NCBI GenBank assembly: GCA_023231475.1
Contig: JALJEE010002390.1
Coordinates: 1 to 38,024 of the forward strand
Length of the DNA: 38,024 bases
Source: Seison nebaliae
Taxonomy: Eukaryota
Direction: 5' to 3'
Shown piece after piece: positions 19,342-30,313 of this stretch. The notes below the pieces were generated by a model. The model ran no database searches and had not been told where the DNA came from. It saw only the letters and a list, made by a program, of their open reading frames with translations. Each line of letters opens with the position of its first letter. The stretch's first letter is position 1. Position numbers and translations under genes: made by a program.

Positions 19342-21950
19342 ATGGAAGACAAGAAGAAATGTCTGAAAAGAATACCAACCATTTTCGCATCAAACACTTC
19401 CATTCATGGATTCAGTTTTATAATTCATTCAAAATATAACATTCTTTAATTCCATTTTGAAAGCATTCCGATTGGAAAGTACTACGAAGAAAAGGAAACT
19501 TTTCTGGAGTTTTGTCATATTAATCGGTTAGCATGGAATTTTCAATGATACTTCATTAATTTAATTAAGGTATTGTTGTTATGTTTTATTTTGCAACGAT
19601 TGACTTTATCGAATATCATTATACGAAACCGACAATCACATCCAGTTCTAAGATGTATATGCACAATCTCGATTTTCCTGCCGTTTCCATCTGTAAATAT
19701 CAACAGTTTGAAATTATTAATCAATAATTCTGCTTAATATGTAAAATTAATCTTAAAATGAAATTGAAGATTGAGTAAGAAAGAGTTGACTGAAAGACGA
19801 GAAGTGAAATATTTGATGGACTATTATAAAATGCTTTTCCGATTGAACAATACACGTCATGCAACTTATAACGATCAAGTAGGAATGTTGGAGAATTGTT
19901 TCATCGAAAGTAGTTAGCTTATTTATCCGATTTTCAATTTAATTTTTTAATTTTAAAAGATTATACTTATGGAGAGATATCTCGCTATGCAGTTCTTTAT
20001 ACAACCATGTCATTATGTGCAGAAGATATTGATGATATGTTATACAAGAAACGATTATTGGTCGTAGAATATTGGCGATTGAAACGAAGTAAATTCTATT
20101 ATCGGTACAGTAACAATACGAGACAACTCACACAAAAAGTTCTTTAAAAGTTTTCTTCATTTTCAATTCTTCAAATTTCAGTTCCGAACTTGTCTCGATA
20201 CGAGATTGGACGAATTATGGCCGTTCAATTTAAATATCAGTGAGATTGTTTGGGATGTTCTCGATAACGGAATAAGAAACGTCAAATGTTCTAAAATGAT
20301 AGTGAAATATGTGACGGAAAGGAATCCGATTCCTCTAATGGATCTACCAGAGAACGGAGTCCAAATTCTTGTTCCCAAAATGCTCGTTCATGAAATCTAT
20401 TTAACAGTTCTACATTTATTCAAAATCATTGCTTTGAAACGAATGATTAGTATACGAACGAATGAAATCGGTTAGGAGTCAATTTGATGGAAATTCCAAT
20501 GAATGATTTTCAGCTAAACAGACGAAAATGCACAAGATAATGCCAGAGATTAGTTGGGATATTAAGCAGAATATAATACAATGTCATTTCAGTGGAAATG
20601 AATGTGATTTAAATTTGGTTAATTCATTTTCCTTTTAAAATTTCAAGAAAAAATTTTAACAGTTTAAAAGAAGATTTGCTGAAGCTGAAATTTGTTATAC
20701 ATTCAATTGGAATGATACGACAACGTTAAATCAGAATTTACCTGGTAAAAGTTGCCGATCTTCCATCATTATTCAATATTATTTGACTTATATTAGACGG
20801 TGGATTAATTATCGGATTAGATCTCAAATCATTCGACACATATGAGGAGTCGTATGTGTTCGATCCATTCAAAGGAGTGAAAGTTGTCATTCATAATCAG
20901 AGTGATGCAATTGCGAGTAATTTCCGAGGCATTCCATTACAATCGGGTCGATTCTCTTATATCAAATTGAATCGAGAGAATGTTTCCTTAATTTTGTTTA
21001 TTTGTGTAAAATTTGAAAAATTTTTTCGTTTATTAGACGAAATTATTAGATGCAAGTGACGGAGGTAATTGCCAAGAAGACTATTTATTACCTCTCTATG
21101 GGTCATACTCGTCTTTCAGCTGTCAATCCAATTGCTATTTCGAACGTGTAGAGAATAATTGCGGATGTATCGCTTATACTGATCCGAGAATGGAGAACTC
21201 ATCAATAAACAAACCGGATTATTGTTCATCCCTTGACTCACATATCTGTTTGAGTAAAATGAAGAACTTAAGTTTATAGATAATTCTCATTATTTTCCCA
21301 TTAAATTCCCAATTTTGAAGAACCAACAGAAAATGATTTCGTTAATACGAAAACATGTAAAATGTGTTCGGCACCGTCGTGCATCGAATGGCGATATTCT
21401 CCACAGGTGACAGCCATCGATTTGGATTATAATGTCATCTCTTATTATACGACGAGTGAAGAGATTGATTGTTTGAATGAGAAGAATGCATCGGTGGTCT
21501 TGCCATTTAATGTGGATTTCTGGCAGCCAAATCTCACTCTATTGAAACGTCATTCGGATGTTTGTCTAACGAGATATAATTGGAGGTTTCTTCCTCAATC
21601 CTCCAACTAAATTCTCATCATTCCTCTCCCATCTCCCCTCCTTCTAATAGGAATAGTATTCTCTATTTTTCTGTTTATTATGATGAGTTGGCAACATTAA
21701 CGACCATACAAAAACCGAAGAGGAATATATTCGATTTTCTAGGTTTCATTTGTGAGAAATTAGGAAATGGGAAATTATTCGAATGTTTGTTCTTTTTTCA
21801 GGTGCTTTAGGCGGTACAATGGGTCTTTATACTGGAATGAGCATTATTAGTCTTATAGAAATTATAGAATTTATTAGTGTTTACATATTCACCGTATGCA
21901 CGATATTAGCAATGAAACGGAAAGTATCATCATCGGATAAAATCAACTGA
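19342..21950 (+). CDS. DEG/ENaC (ASIC-like, amiloride-sensitive) channel subunit, ~666 aa, 13 exons
   Basis: Exons 19342-19414, 19464-19526, 19570-19705, 19770-19912, 19960-20138, 20182-20470, 20514-20617, 20663-20750, 20797-20981, 21037-21271, 21321-21585, 21651-21742 and 21802-21950 sum to 2001 nt in frame. Motifs: pre-TM1 TSIHGF; FPAVSIC; CHFSGNEC; CYTFN; GVKVVIHNQ; Cys-rich thumb YSSFSCQSNC...CGC; TM2 GALGGTMGLYTGMSIISLIEIIEF. Confidence 0.92.
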
Positions 21951-22549
21951 AGAAAAAAAAACATAATATCATTTCTAACGAATTGTCTCCTATAAATCTC
22001 CATTTGACTATTTCAAATTTCTAAAAATTTTCTCATCTTTCTCTTTCACATATTTTTCTCCTTTCACTAACTATTGAACTTTAAATAAAATTCTCATTTC
22101 TACAACTTGTTCCACATTCCCGACCTGTGCACATTTGGATAAAGTGAAATGTTTCTTATTAAGACATTTCTGTTCATCAGTTACAAATTATTTCCTCTCG
22201 CCCCTGTGGGAGGGAGGAAGAGAAACTTTCTTACTGTTAGTTTGTATAGTCAATTATAAATTCGAATGTTTAATATCGGCAACTATCTAATCGGAGAGTG
22301 CATCAATTTGATGAGATTGATGAAAAAGAGAAATTAACAAAGAAGAAGTACCTTGGAATAATATTTGTTTTATAGAATTCCTCCCGTTTATTTCTTTTGA
22401 GATATGGTGATTTTCTTATTTACCTATTCATAAAGTCTGAGAGAAGATAAATATTAGAAAATAATTATTGAAACTTCATATTATCACATCATATATTTGA
22501 GAATAGAGAAATTATATAATTCCTAATTTAGATAAACACTTTTTAATTG

Positions 22550-23716
22550 ATGTATCGGGACGAAAATAATTTCTTATTGACCAATTTCCAATCAAACGAA
22601 GAAACTAAATCATTATTGCAATTCCGTGTGAAACAATATATTCTCAACACCAATGACGACCAATCGATCGAACGAGATTACCAAATATTCTTCTTCATTC
22701 TCATACTGGTTTTCCTCTTATCACTCGTGTTGCATCTCGTCAATTTGAGATATTTATGGACGGAAATTTTATTTCAAAGAAAAAAAGAATCGAATGAAAA
22801 TTCTGAAAGTCAGAAAATCGAACAATTCAGCAATGAATTCAATCAATCTCTAATTATCTTTGTAATTTTCTTTATTGATGTTCTAACCATTTTAATTGTG
22901 ATTCCATTAATTCTGGGGAAGAATGGAATTATTAATCATTCGTTTCATGAAATCTCTCATGTTAATGAATCGATCAATTCTCATAATTTCTGGAATGTAG
23001 TCGAATGTATCAATTCGGCAAAGATTCTGATAAATTCTCTAATTTTATTCTGTAATTCTATTCTCTTCATTTATACGTTAACTCAATTAAAGAATTGGAA
23101 ATTCTTTTTCATAATCATCATCATTGGAAACATTTTAACAATTCTATTATATATTCCATTAACAATTTTTTATTACAAATTCCAAAAGACGATGATTGAA
23201 AGTCAATCTCATTTCTATTTTATTCCTCTGATTTCTGTCTGTTTTCAACTCATCCCACTCGGTCAACTATTTCACTCGTCTTGTCGTTGTCCGAAAGTGG
23301 ATAGTGATACATTTCGATCTGATTCTTTTATGAGTTATGTTGGTAAAAGTGAATTCGATTCAGAATTATTAGAAACAATTAATCGAACTTCTATCGAATT
23401 ATATGAACATGAACAATTACAACAATCTCATATTGTCAATAATTCAAGTAATGGTGCTCGTTCACTAACAACAGCAACAACAACAGCGATGACGACGAGA
23501 AAAGTAAAAAAGGAAACTAATTTTCATGAAATAAAATTATTATCGATTTTATTCATTTTCTTATTCTCCTCAACAATCCTTCTCATTCTTTACATGAATT
23601 TCCCATTAACATCAATTAATAATTCCATTATTCATATTGCATTATTTAATCTCCAAATCATTATTGTTCCATTGTTCTATTTCTTATTATGCGTCAAGTC
23701 AATTTGTAGTAAATGA
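22550..23716 (+). CDS. Multi-pass membrane protein, possibly a highly divergent class A GPCR, single exon
   Basis: 388-aa ORF with about seven hydrophobic segments, a long polar loop before the last two, IDVLTILIVIP (TM2-like D...P) and IIIVPLFY (NPxxY-like). No DRY motif. The first ATG is at 22550. Confidence 0.6.
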   Translation: MYRDENNFLLTNFQSNEETKSLLQFRVKQYILNTNDDQSIERDYQIFFFILILVFLLSLVLHLVNLRYLWTEILFQRKKESNENSESQKIEQFSNEFNQSLIIFVIFFIDVLTILIVIPLILGKNGIINHSFHEISHVNESINSHNFWNVVECINSAKILINSLILFCNSILFIYTLTQLKNWKFFFIIIIIGNILTILLYIPLTIFYYKFQKTMIESQSHFYFIPLISVCFQLIPLGQLFHSSCRCPKVDSDTFRSDSFMSYVGKSEFDSELLETINRTSIELYEHEQLQQSHIVNNSSNGARSLTTATTTAMTTRKVKKETNFHEIKLLSILFIFLFSSTILLILYMNFPLTSINNSIIHIALFNLQIIIVPLFYFLLCVKSICSK

Positions 23717-24034
23717 TTTAGAAAATATTTATTTACGAACCTTCTCCAAAATTTTCTTTTCATTAAATATTTCTTCTTTTATCAGAAAACTTAATCATCT
23801 TCTGTCAGTTATGCAGAGAAAATCGATTGAGATTGAAGAGCTTATTAAATATACTATTAAAAAAAGACGGTTTGAAATTATATCCAAATTAATCGTAAGA
23901 ATAATAATATTACATCTTTCTCTAGTTAAAACTACATCATATTTCAGTTTATCTACTTTCATTTACCATATTTTATTTCAAGCGCTGTCCAAATTATTTC
24001 GAAGTTTAATTAGTGAAAAAAAGTATGAGAGCAG

Positions 24035-24059
24035 ATACCTAATACCTAATACCTAATAC
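24035..24059. repeat. (ATACCTA)3.5 heptamer repeat; the same unit recurs in reverse orientation at 30506-30520
   Basis: atacctaatacctaatacctaatac here, and ttaggtattaggtat at 30506. Confidence 0.8.
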
Positions 24060-24347
24060 TTTTTTATATATTTGAACTTCAAATCAAATTTTAAAGTTCC
24101 ATAGTTAGTAGTAATTTAGTTATTGAATTGTATCCTAGAATAAATTTAATTTTATGAATAATTGAGAAATTATATAGTTTTTTCCTAAATCATCCTTATT
24201 TCAATTTTTCTCCATTCATGTTTTAATTATTTTAATTGTGATAAATGTTTAGGTAAAATGAAATTATTCATCATCCATGTCAATGATTCGATTTAATTTC
24301 ACAATTCTTGTGATAAATTAATTTATAGAAACTGATTAATGAAATAT

Positions 24348-24950
24348 TTATTCGAAAACATCTACAAAATTATCTTTCCCAATAATGATCTTCTCATCTG
24401 CCTCTCCATTGCAATAACCATAATTTCTTCCATGTTGTTTCGCTATTTGACAAATGGCCTAAAAAAATTGAAAACTAAGAAAATTATTATCCGATGAAAT
24501 TGAAACTGCGAAAGTTTTGGGTTCAAAAATCGCTAAATCTGAAAGACTTTTCTTATTCAAACGAATATTTTGCTTCAAACATTTCATTAGAGATTATTTG
24601 AAGAATTAAAGAAACTCGATGTAAATGGTCATGAAGTAATTGATTTGTCATTTGGTGTTCATTGGCAGCGGCTTCTAATCGAAAATTCCATAACTTAAAT
24701 TGAATAATTTGAGAAATTCATTCAAATGAAGGAAGATGAGAACTTCATTCATTTCTAATTTTCTGACTTGTCGATGTCTTGTTGATGTTTTCCATGCATG
24801 TTCCATTTTCTCACGAGCTATCCTATAACAATTCCTTTCTCGTCCATGATAATTGATGGTATGTCGGAAGATTTGCATTCTTCGCCATCTTCTGTCGGGT
24901 CCATAAACTTTTGGAATAAATTTATTCAAAAAGATTTTTGACAATTCCAT
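24348..24950 (-). CDS. MRPL20: Mitochondrial ribosomal protein bL20m, 153 aa, 4 exons: 24950-24744, 24693-24616, 24572-24507, 24458-24348
   Basis: DRRWRR.QI......YHGRERNCYRIA / LWNFRLEAAANEH / QNIRLNKKSLSDLAIFEPKTFA are L20 signatures. Three phase-0 GTT..AG introns of 50, 43 and 48 nt. Confidence 0.93.
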
Positions 24951-25201
24951 TTGTTGATTTGAGCTTAGCTATTAATTTTAAAAAAAAAGTAAAGAAAATT
25001 TGTTGAAGAAATCGAGTGATTGTCGACTAGTTAATGAAGGATGAAGAATTAGGAGAATTTCCGTTTAAAGAAAGAGAAATTTTCTCATTATTCTTTTGAC
25101 AAAAAAATAAAAGTAGAAGATAAGATGATTGATTTAATTGAAACATAAGTCATTGTCATGGAATCAGATTTTTAAATTCAACTTAATTCTCAAATTCAAA
25201 A
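24951..25201. promoter_or_regulatory. Putative bidirectional promoter between MRPL20 and TBCCD1
   Basis: The divergent start codons are only 251 bp apart. This is a positional inference; no motif was identified. Confidence 0.55.
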
Positions 25202-27529
25202 ATGACACAATCAAAAAGTTGTGAACGATCAGATGTCAGTTGTCAATTGTTCGCTCGAGCGGAATTGTGGGTGAATGGAGGAATTCTGACCATTCCATAT
25301 CCCAATAAAAATACATTTAACGTTTCCGTTAGGCATCTCATTCTCTCCATCAATCTTCATTTTTTTTTATCGTTTATCAATTTATTTAATCATTTATTTT
25401 TAGACGTTGAAACGAATTTTGACTTATGCAAAAACAAAAGGGACGACTGGAATGCCAAAATTATCGTTAAATCTTTTTTTTAATTTCAATCAAAATTTTC
25501 AAATTTCTCATATTTTAGTTGGACAATTTGGAAACATGTGATATGTTCGAAATTGAGTCTTCATGAAGATTTGGCATGGGCGTTCGTTCGTTTATTCTGA
25601 TTATTCATTCTCATAAATTTTCCAGATATTTCGAGACTTATATGATTGTGAGTGATAATCGAACGGCGGAATTGATCGAATTCGAAAGACGTTTACTTCA
25701 TGCCAATTCGATCAGTGAAAGAAATCAATTGAGAGAGAAATTTAGTGTAGATACTATTCGATTCGTTTTACTTATGTATCTCCTTCAATTCAATGATGGG
25801 GCAGCTCCAGCCAGTGCTCGATATTCATATTCGGATGATGAGTTTAAAAATTTTAATTTGAAATTTAATTCTTCATTTTTAGATGGCCAATGAGAGCAAC
25901 ATCACCGATAATTGATGGAAGAAGTCGTTCGAAACGTGCGGCTGAATTACTTTTTCTCACATTCTTCCAACAGAATATGCAACACATTCTTGACTTATTA
26001 TTAACATCGGAACCAGGTGAGTTAATTATTTATTCGAATCATCTACTCTCATTGAGAATAGATAGTGTGAAACATTCGACATCCAAAGTATCGATTCATA
26101 GAAAGACTTTAGAAGCTCTCTCATTCTTAATTGAAGGAACATTTGATGGTGGACGAACTTGTTATCCCGTTCACTCCATATTAAGTCGACCAGACTTTTT
26201 AAAAGAAGTCAATTTCGATCCGACTACCAATCGATATAATACCACTGATCTTCAAAGATGGCTCGTTAATAATTTGAGTATGAATCCAAACGAGATCTCA
26301 ACTTGTCTCTCTCGTGGGAAACATTTATGTTAATTTAAATTTCTTTTATTATTTATCAATTTCTCTATTAATCTCGATCTTTTTCAGATGTTACATCTCA
26401 GAATCGAACAACAAAAATTATGACAAATTTCAACTTTGTGGATAAAACGTTTTTTTTTTTTAAATATTTTTAGTTTTTAATAAGGAAATTATTTAGTAAT
26501 AAATTATTGTATATTTGTGGATTCAGTCATCAGACGATTGTGGATGAAGGCGAAAATTATGATATGGGAAATGTGAGAATTCATCGATGTGTTAACAAAT
26601 GTGATATTTATGTTTTGGCACCGGTGAAGTTTTACTTAACCTTTTTTTTTTCTTCTTCAAATTTTTTCCAGGTCTGTTGTTCTTCATAAATGTCGAAATT
26701 GTCGAATTACTTTGGGATGTGTAAATACCTCGTTACATATCAGACAGAGCGATAATGTTACAGTGACGGCAGTTTGTCGTCGAATTTGTTTGATGGATAC
26801 TACGTCGTGTACATTATATATTCATACAAATTATCGTCCACTAATTCTTGGAGTTAATTTTAAAATTCTAATTTCAATAATTGGAAATTTTGAATGAAAT
26901 AGGGATGTTCCGATATAACATTAGCTCCTCATAATACTTTCTATCCCAAATTGAAGAATCATATTGAGAGATGTTCAATTTTGACGACAATCAATCGATT
27001 CAATGAACCGTTAGTTCTAGGAGAGACAGGTTAATTAATTTTTAATTATCTTATTCATTCCTCTCTAATGTGAGTAGCCAGTCAAGAGAAACAATTTTAT
27101 AAGTTAATGGATCCAACAAACTTTTATCCATCTGCTTTACCTATTCAGATGGAAGGGAATTACAACGAAATGGATTTCATTCATTTACCCTCCAATTATC
27201 GAAACGCTTTAGAAGAACGGAAATTACAATGTAATATATTTAGAGAAACACTTCAGTCAACAGTGGGTACAGCTCATCGTACTGAAATGAATAAATATAT
27301 TCAATGCCAATTTAAAGTTTGTTTTTAATTAAAAATTTTGAAGGAAAATAATTAAATTAATTCATTTCAGAAATATCTAATGCAAAATCGACTGTCTGAT
27401 ATTCTTGCAATCTCAAATGATATGGATACATGTCGATCTCATTCATCGACGGGTATGTTATCGAAGAATTTGGGAGCATCATCTACTACTGCCAACGGAA
27501 CGATAGCAGCAGGTCGATCATTAAGATAA
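25202..27529 (+). CDS. TBCCD1: TBCC domain-containing protein 1, ~588 aa, 12 exons
   Basis: Exons 25202-25327, 25404-25465, 25519-25581, 25626-25841, 25883-26016, 26062-26328, 26388-26448, 26497-26628, 26672-26852, 26903-27029, 27078-27316 and 27371-27529 sum to 1767 nt in frame. PKLSWTIWKHVICSKLSLHEDLAWAYFE, VDTIRFVLLMYL, EALSFLIEG and the TBCC beta-helix (VRIHRC...IYVLAPVKSVVLHKCRNC...RPLILG...LAP) match TBCCD1. Confidence 0.9.
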
Positions 27530-28660
27530 ATATTTCGAAAACGAATTAACATTTCTCTTATCTCTTTCAACTCATCATATTGCTGTCCGATGTGTAAATG
27601 TTACATTCCTTTTGACGTTTAACAAATAAAACATTTCTTTCTTCATTTTCCCATGATGAGAAAGGAGGGAAATGATTGGAGAAATGAAGAATTTTCTTCT
27701 TTTTGCCATTCGAAGTAGTAGAACTTAATCATTACCATATGGTATTGGGAAGAGGCAGAAGATTTCCATGTACATATTTCAGTAAAAGAATATGAATTTA
27801 TCGATAAGAGGAAGAATAATTATCATTTATCTTGAAATTAAGATTTTTCTTCTATTTTAATTTTACCTCGTCAATTTCCTTCTCAATTTCTTTTAAGGAA
27901 TTTTTTTCTTTTTTCCATTTGTCGATTAGAGATGTGTTAGGATAGATCGAAATTGACATTCTTATCTTAATATTTACTTTATTCAGACGAAGAATTAAAA
28001 AGTGCATAAGACGAAATAGGAATTTGTTGAAAGGAATATCGGAGAATGAAGAACAATTTAGTTATTTGATTATGTTGACCTGTAAATGGTGTAAATGTTT
28101 CAATTGAGAGAACGATTTTATTCGATTCATTGTCAATGTCTGATTCATCACCCATTTATTTACATAAGAAGCAAGTAACTCGAAAATGCAGTTTTCAGAA
28201 GGACATCAGAGAAGTGATAATGAAAAATTTTAATGATGGTCATTCCATGTTGATAAGATTTCTCCAATCTAAATAAAGCAAACAAATGAAAGTCATGACA
28301 AGTCATGCTAACTCTCCACATTCATCCCACTATTCACACCAATTTATTCTCACTCAATTGTTATCCACATCGACGAAAGTTTACCAGTTCTTGAATGATT
28401 TTTCAATTTGTCAAAGAGACGGAACGGAAAATTGGATGTGCAAGATCGCAGACTTCAACTAATAATTGTTCTGTCATACGTTTCATGTTGGATTTTTTTG
28501 TTGAATTAATGGAAAAGAATTTAATGTAAATTTATTTTGACAATTAATCTTTTCATCATACTCATCTCTTATTCACCTGAGAAAATAATAATAATTATTA
28601 TTATTATTATTATCATCAAATCGTATTGTTATATCATTTTTTGAATTAAGTTGACCGAAA

Positions 28661-30313
28661 ATGACGTTTGAAACTGAATTAAATGGAATGGATTCAATTC
28701 CTTTTCTATCAACGATTCATTTCCAAAATTTATCGGATAATATTTCCGCTAACAATTATCAGTTTGATGAAAGAATGTGGCAAATTACACAAGTCATCGT
28801 CATCCTCATTTCGATATTGATCATCATATTCGCTCTCATTGGAAATACGTTCACCATTTTGGCATTTATCAAAAGTGAACGACTGAAACGATTTAAGCCA
28901 AATCTCTTTCTCGTTTCGTTAGCGACGGCTGATATTGGAGTGGCGTCATTTGCTATGACGTTTAACGCCGTTCAATTGATAAGGAGAGGATGGCAATTTG
29001 GTTCGTTTTTATGTCGATTATGGTTCTGTTTCGACGTTCTATTCACTACCGCCTCCATTTTACATTTATGTTTTATTAGTATCGATCGAATGCTTTCAAT
29101 TTACTTCGCATTACATTATAGTACGGAAGCTCCAGAGACAACATCGAAAAGAATAAAAATATTCATAAGTATCGCTTGGTCATTATCATTCTTAATTGCA
29201 TTCGCTCCCATCTACTCAAACATTTTCACAACTACCGAAAATTTGGAAGCAATTAATCAATTAGAATGGAATCATTTAGATGTTGGAATTTATTGTATGT
29301 TCATAACGAATCCATATTATTGTGCTATTTCCAGTACAATCTCATTCTGGATTCCAGCAATTATCATCGTTATTATGTATGCTCTCTTAATACAGAAAGC
29401 GAATGAATTAGCTAATTATGTTCCTGGTTTCGATTCGGATAGAAATTCACAAAAACGTCCCAGTATTTTTAGTAAGAAAGAAATGAGAAAATCAATTTAT
29501 AATTGTTTTAATTGTTCAAAAATCTTTTATGAATGTTGTTGTTGTTGTTGTTGTTCGTGTAATAACAAAAATAAATCATCAGTAATTCAAAAAGGAAATG
29601 AAGAGTTAAGTGATGAGCGAACATCATTTATTCAATATAATCCATCAATTTCATATACGATCAATATACGTCCATCAGACACATTCAGTCAGAAACATCC
29701 CGACTTAAGTAAACGAGCAAATCAATTGAATTATGAGAGAGATTCTATTGAACATTTCTCATCTAATAATCTACTCAAATCGACTCTAATTAATAATAAA
29801 CCAAATCTAATTGTTCCAAACAACAACAACAATCCAAATTTCAAACGTAGTTCAGTGAATTTTGTGAATCTCAAAGCGAAGAATCAAATCAGAAAATCTT
29901 TAGTTCAACATGAACGTCGAGCAGTTCGTACATTCGGACGAATTATGTTGGCATTTCTCATTTGTTTCGTACCATTTTTCAGTCGTTATACATATTGTAA
30001 CGGTATAGCAAATGGAACATGTTATGAATGGGAATTCCCTTTAAAATTGGAAGATATTCTCTTCTGGATCGGATATGTCAATTCGACAATGAATCCATTC
30101 ATTTATGCATTCACTCATCGAGAGTTCAAAGCTCAATTCAAGAAAATGTTACGAGAGAAACCTTTTCCCAAATGTATTCGAGATCTCAAATGTCTACTAA
30201 GTGAACGACCTTCATTTACTAATCGCACCAGATCCTCCACCGTAACGACAAATGACGTAAACGAACGTCGAAGTCGGTTGAAATCGCAGACTTTCCTTTA
30301 TACCCCAACTTGA
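28661..30313 (+). CDS. Biogenic amine GPCR, beta-adrenergic-like octopamine receptor type, 550 aa, single exon
   Basis: FLVSLATAD...FAMTFNA; TM3 DVLFTTASILHLCFISIDR with the conserved amine-binding Asp; TM5 ISSTISFWIP; TM7 FWIGYVNSTMNPFIYAF. The AMTFNA and SS.ISFWIP motifs are typical of OctbetaR. Confidence 0.85.
   Translation: MTFETELNGMDSIPFLSTIHFQNLSDNISANNYQFDERMWQITQVIVILISILIIIFALIGNTFTILAFIKSERLKRFKPNLFLVSLATADIGVASFAMTFNAVQLIRRGWQFGSFLCRLWFCFDVLFTTASILHLCFISIDRMLSIYFALHYSTEAPETTSKRIKIFISIAWSLSFLIAFAPIYSNIFTTTENLEAINQLEWNHLDVGIYCMFITNPYYCAISSTISFWIPAIIIVIMYALLIQKANELANYVPGFDSDRNSQKRPSIFSKKEMRKSIYNCFNCSKIFYECCCCCCCSCNNKNKSSVIQKGNEELSDERTSFIQYNPSISYTINIRPSDTFSQKHPDLSKRANQLNYERDSIEHFSSNNLLKSTLINNKPNLIVPNNNNNPNFKRSSVNFVNLKAKNQIRKSLVQHERRAVRTFGRIMLAFLICFVPFFSRYTYCNGIANGTCYEWEFPLKLEDILFWIGYVNSTMNPFIYAFTHREFKAQFKKMLREKPFPKCIRDLKCLLSERPSFTNRTRSSTVTTNDVNERRSRLKSQTFLYTPT

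Noticed and set aside
19320..19344. Possible SL trans-splice acceptor TCCTTAG just before the ENaC ATG
   Set aside because: It could equally be a 5' UTR cis-intron (GT near 19292) or chance. It cannot be resolved without transcripts.
23637..24056. 139-aa ORF overlapping the 7TM gene end
   Set aside because: Non-ATG start, low-complexity AT-rich composition and no motifs.
27530..28660. Possible hidden gene upstream of the octopamine receptor
   Set aside because: No coherent exon chain was found. It is more likely UTR or regulatory DNA.
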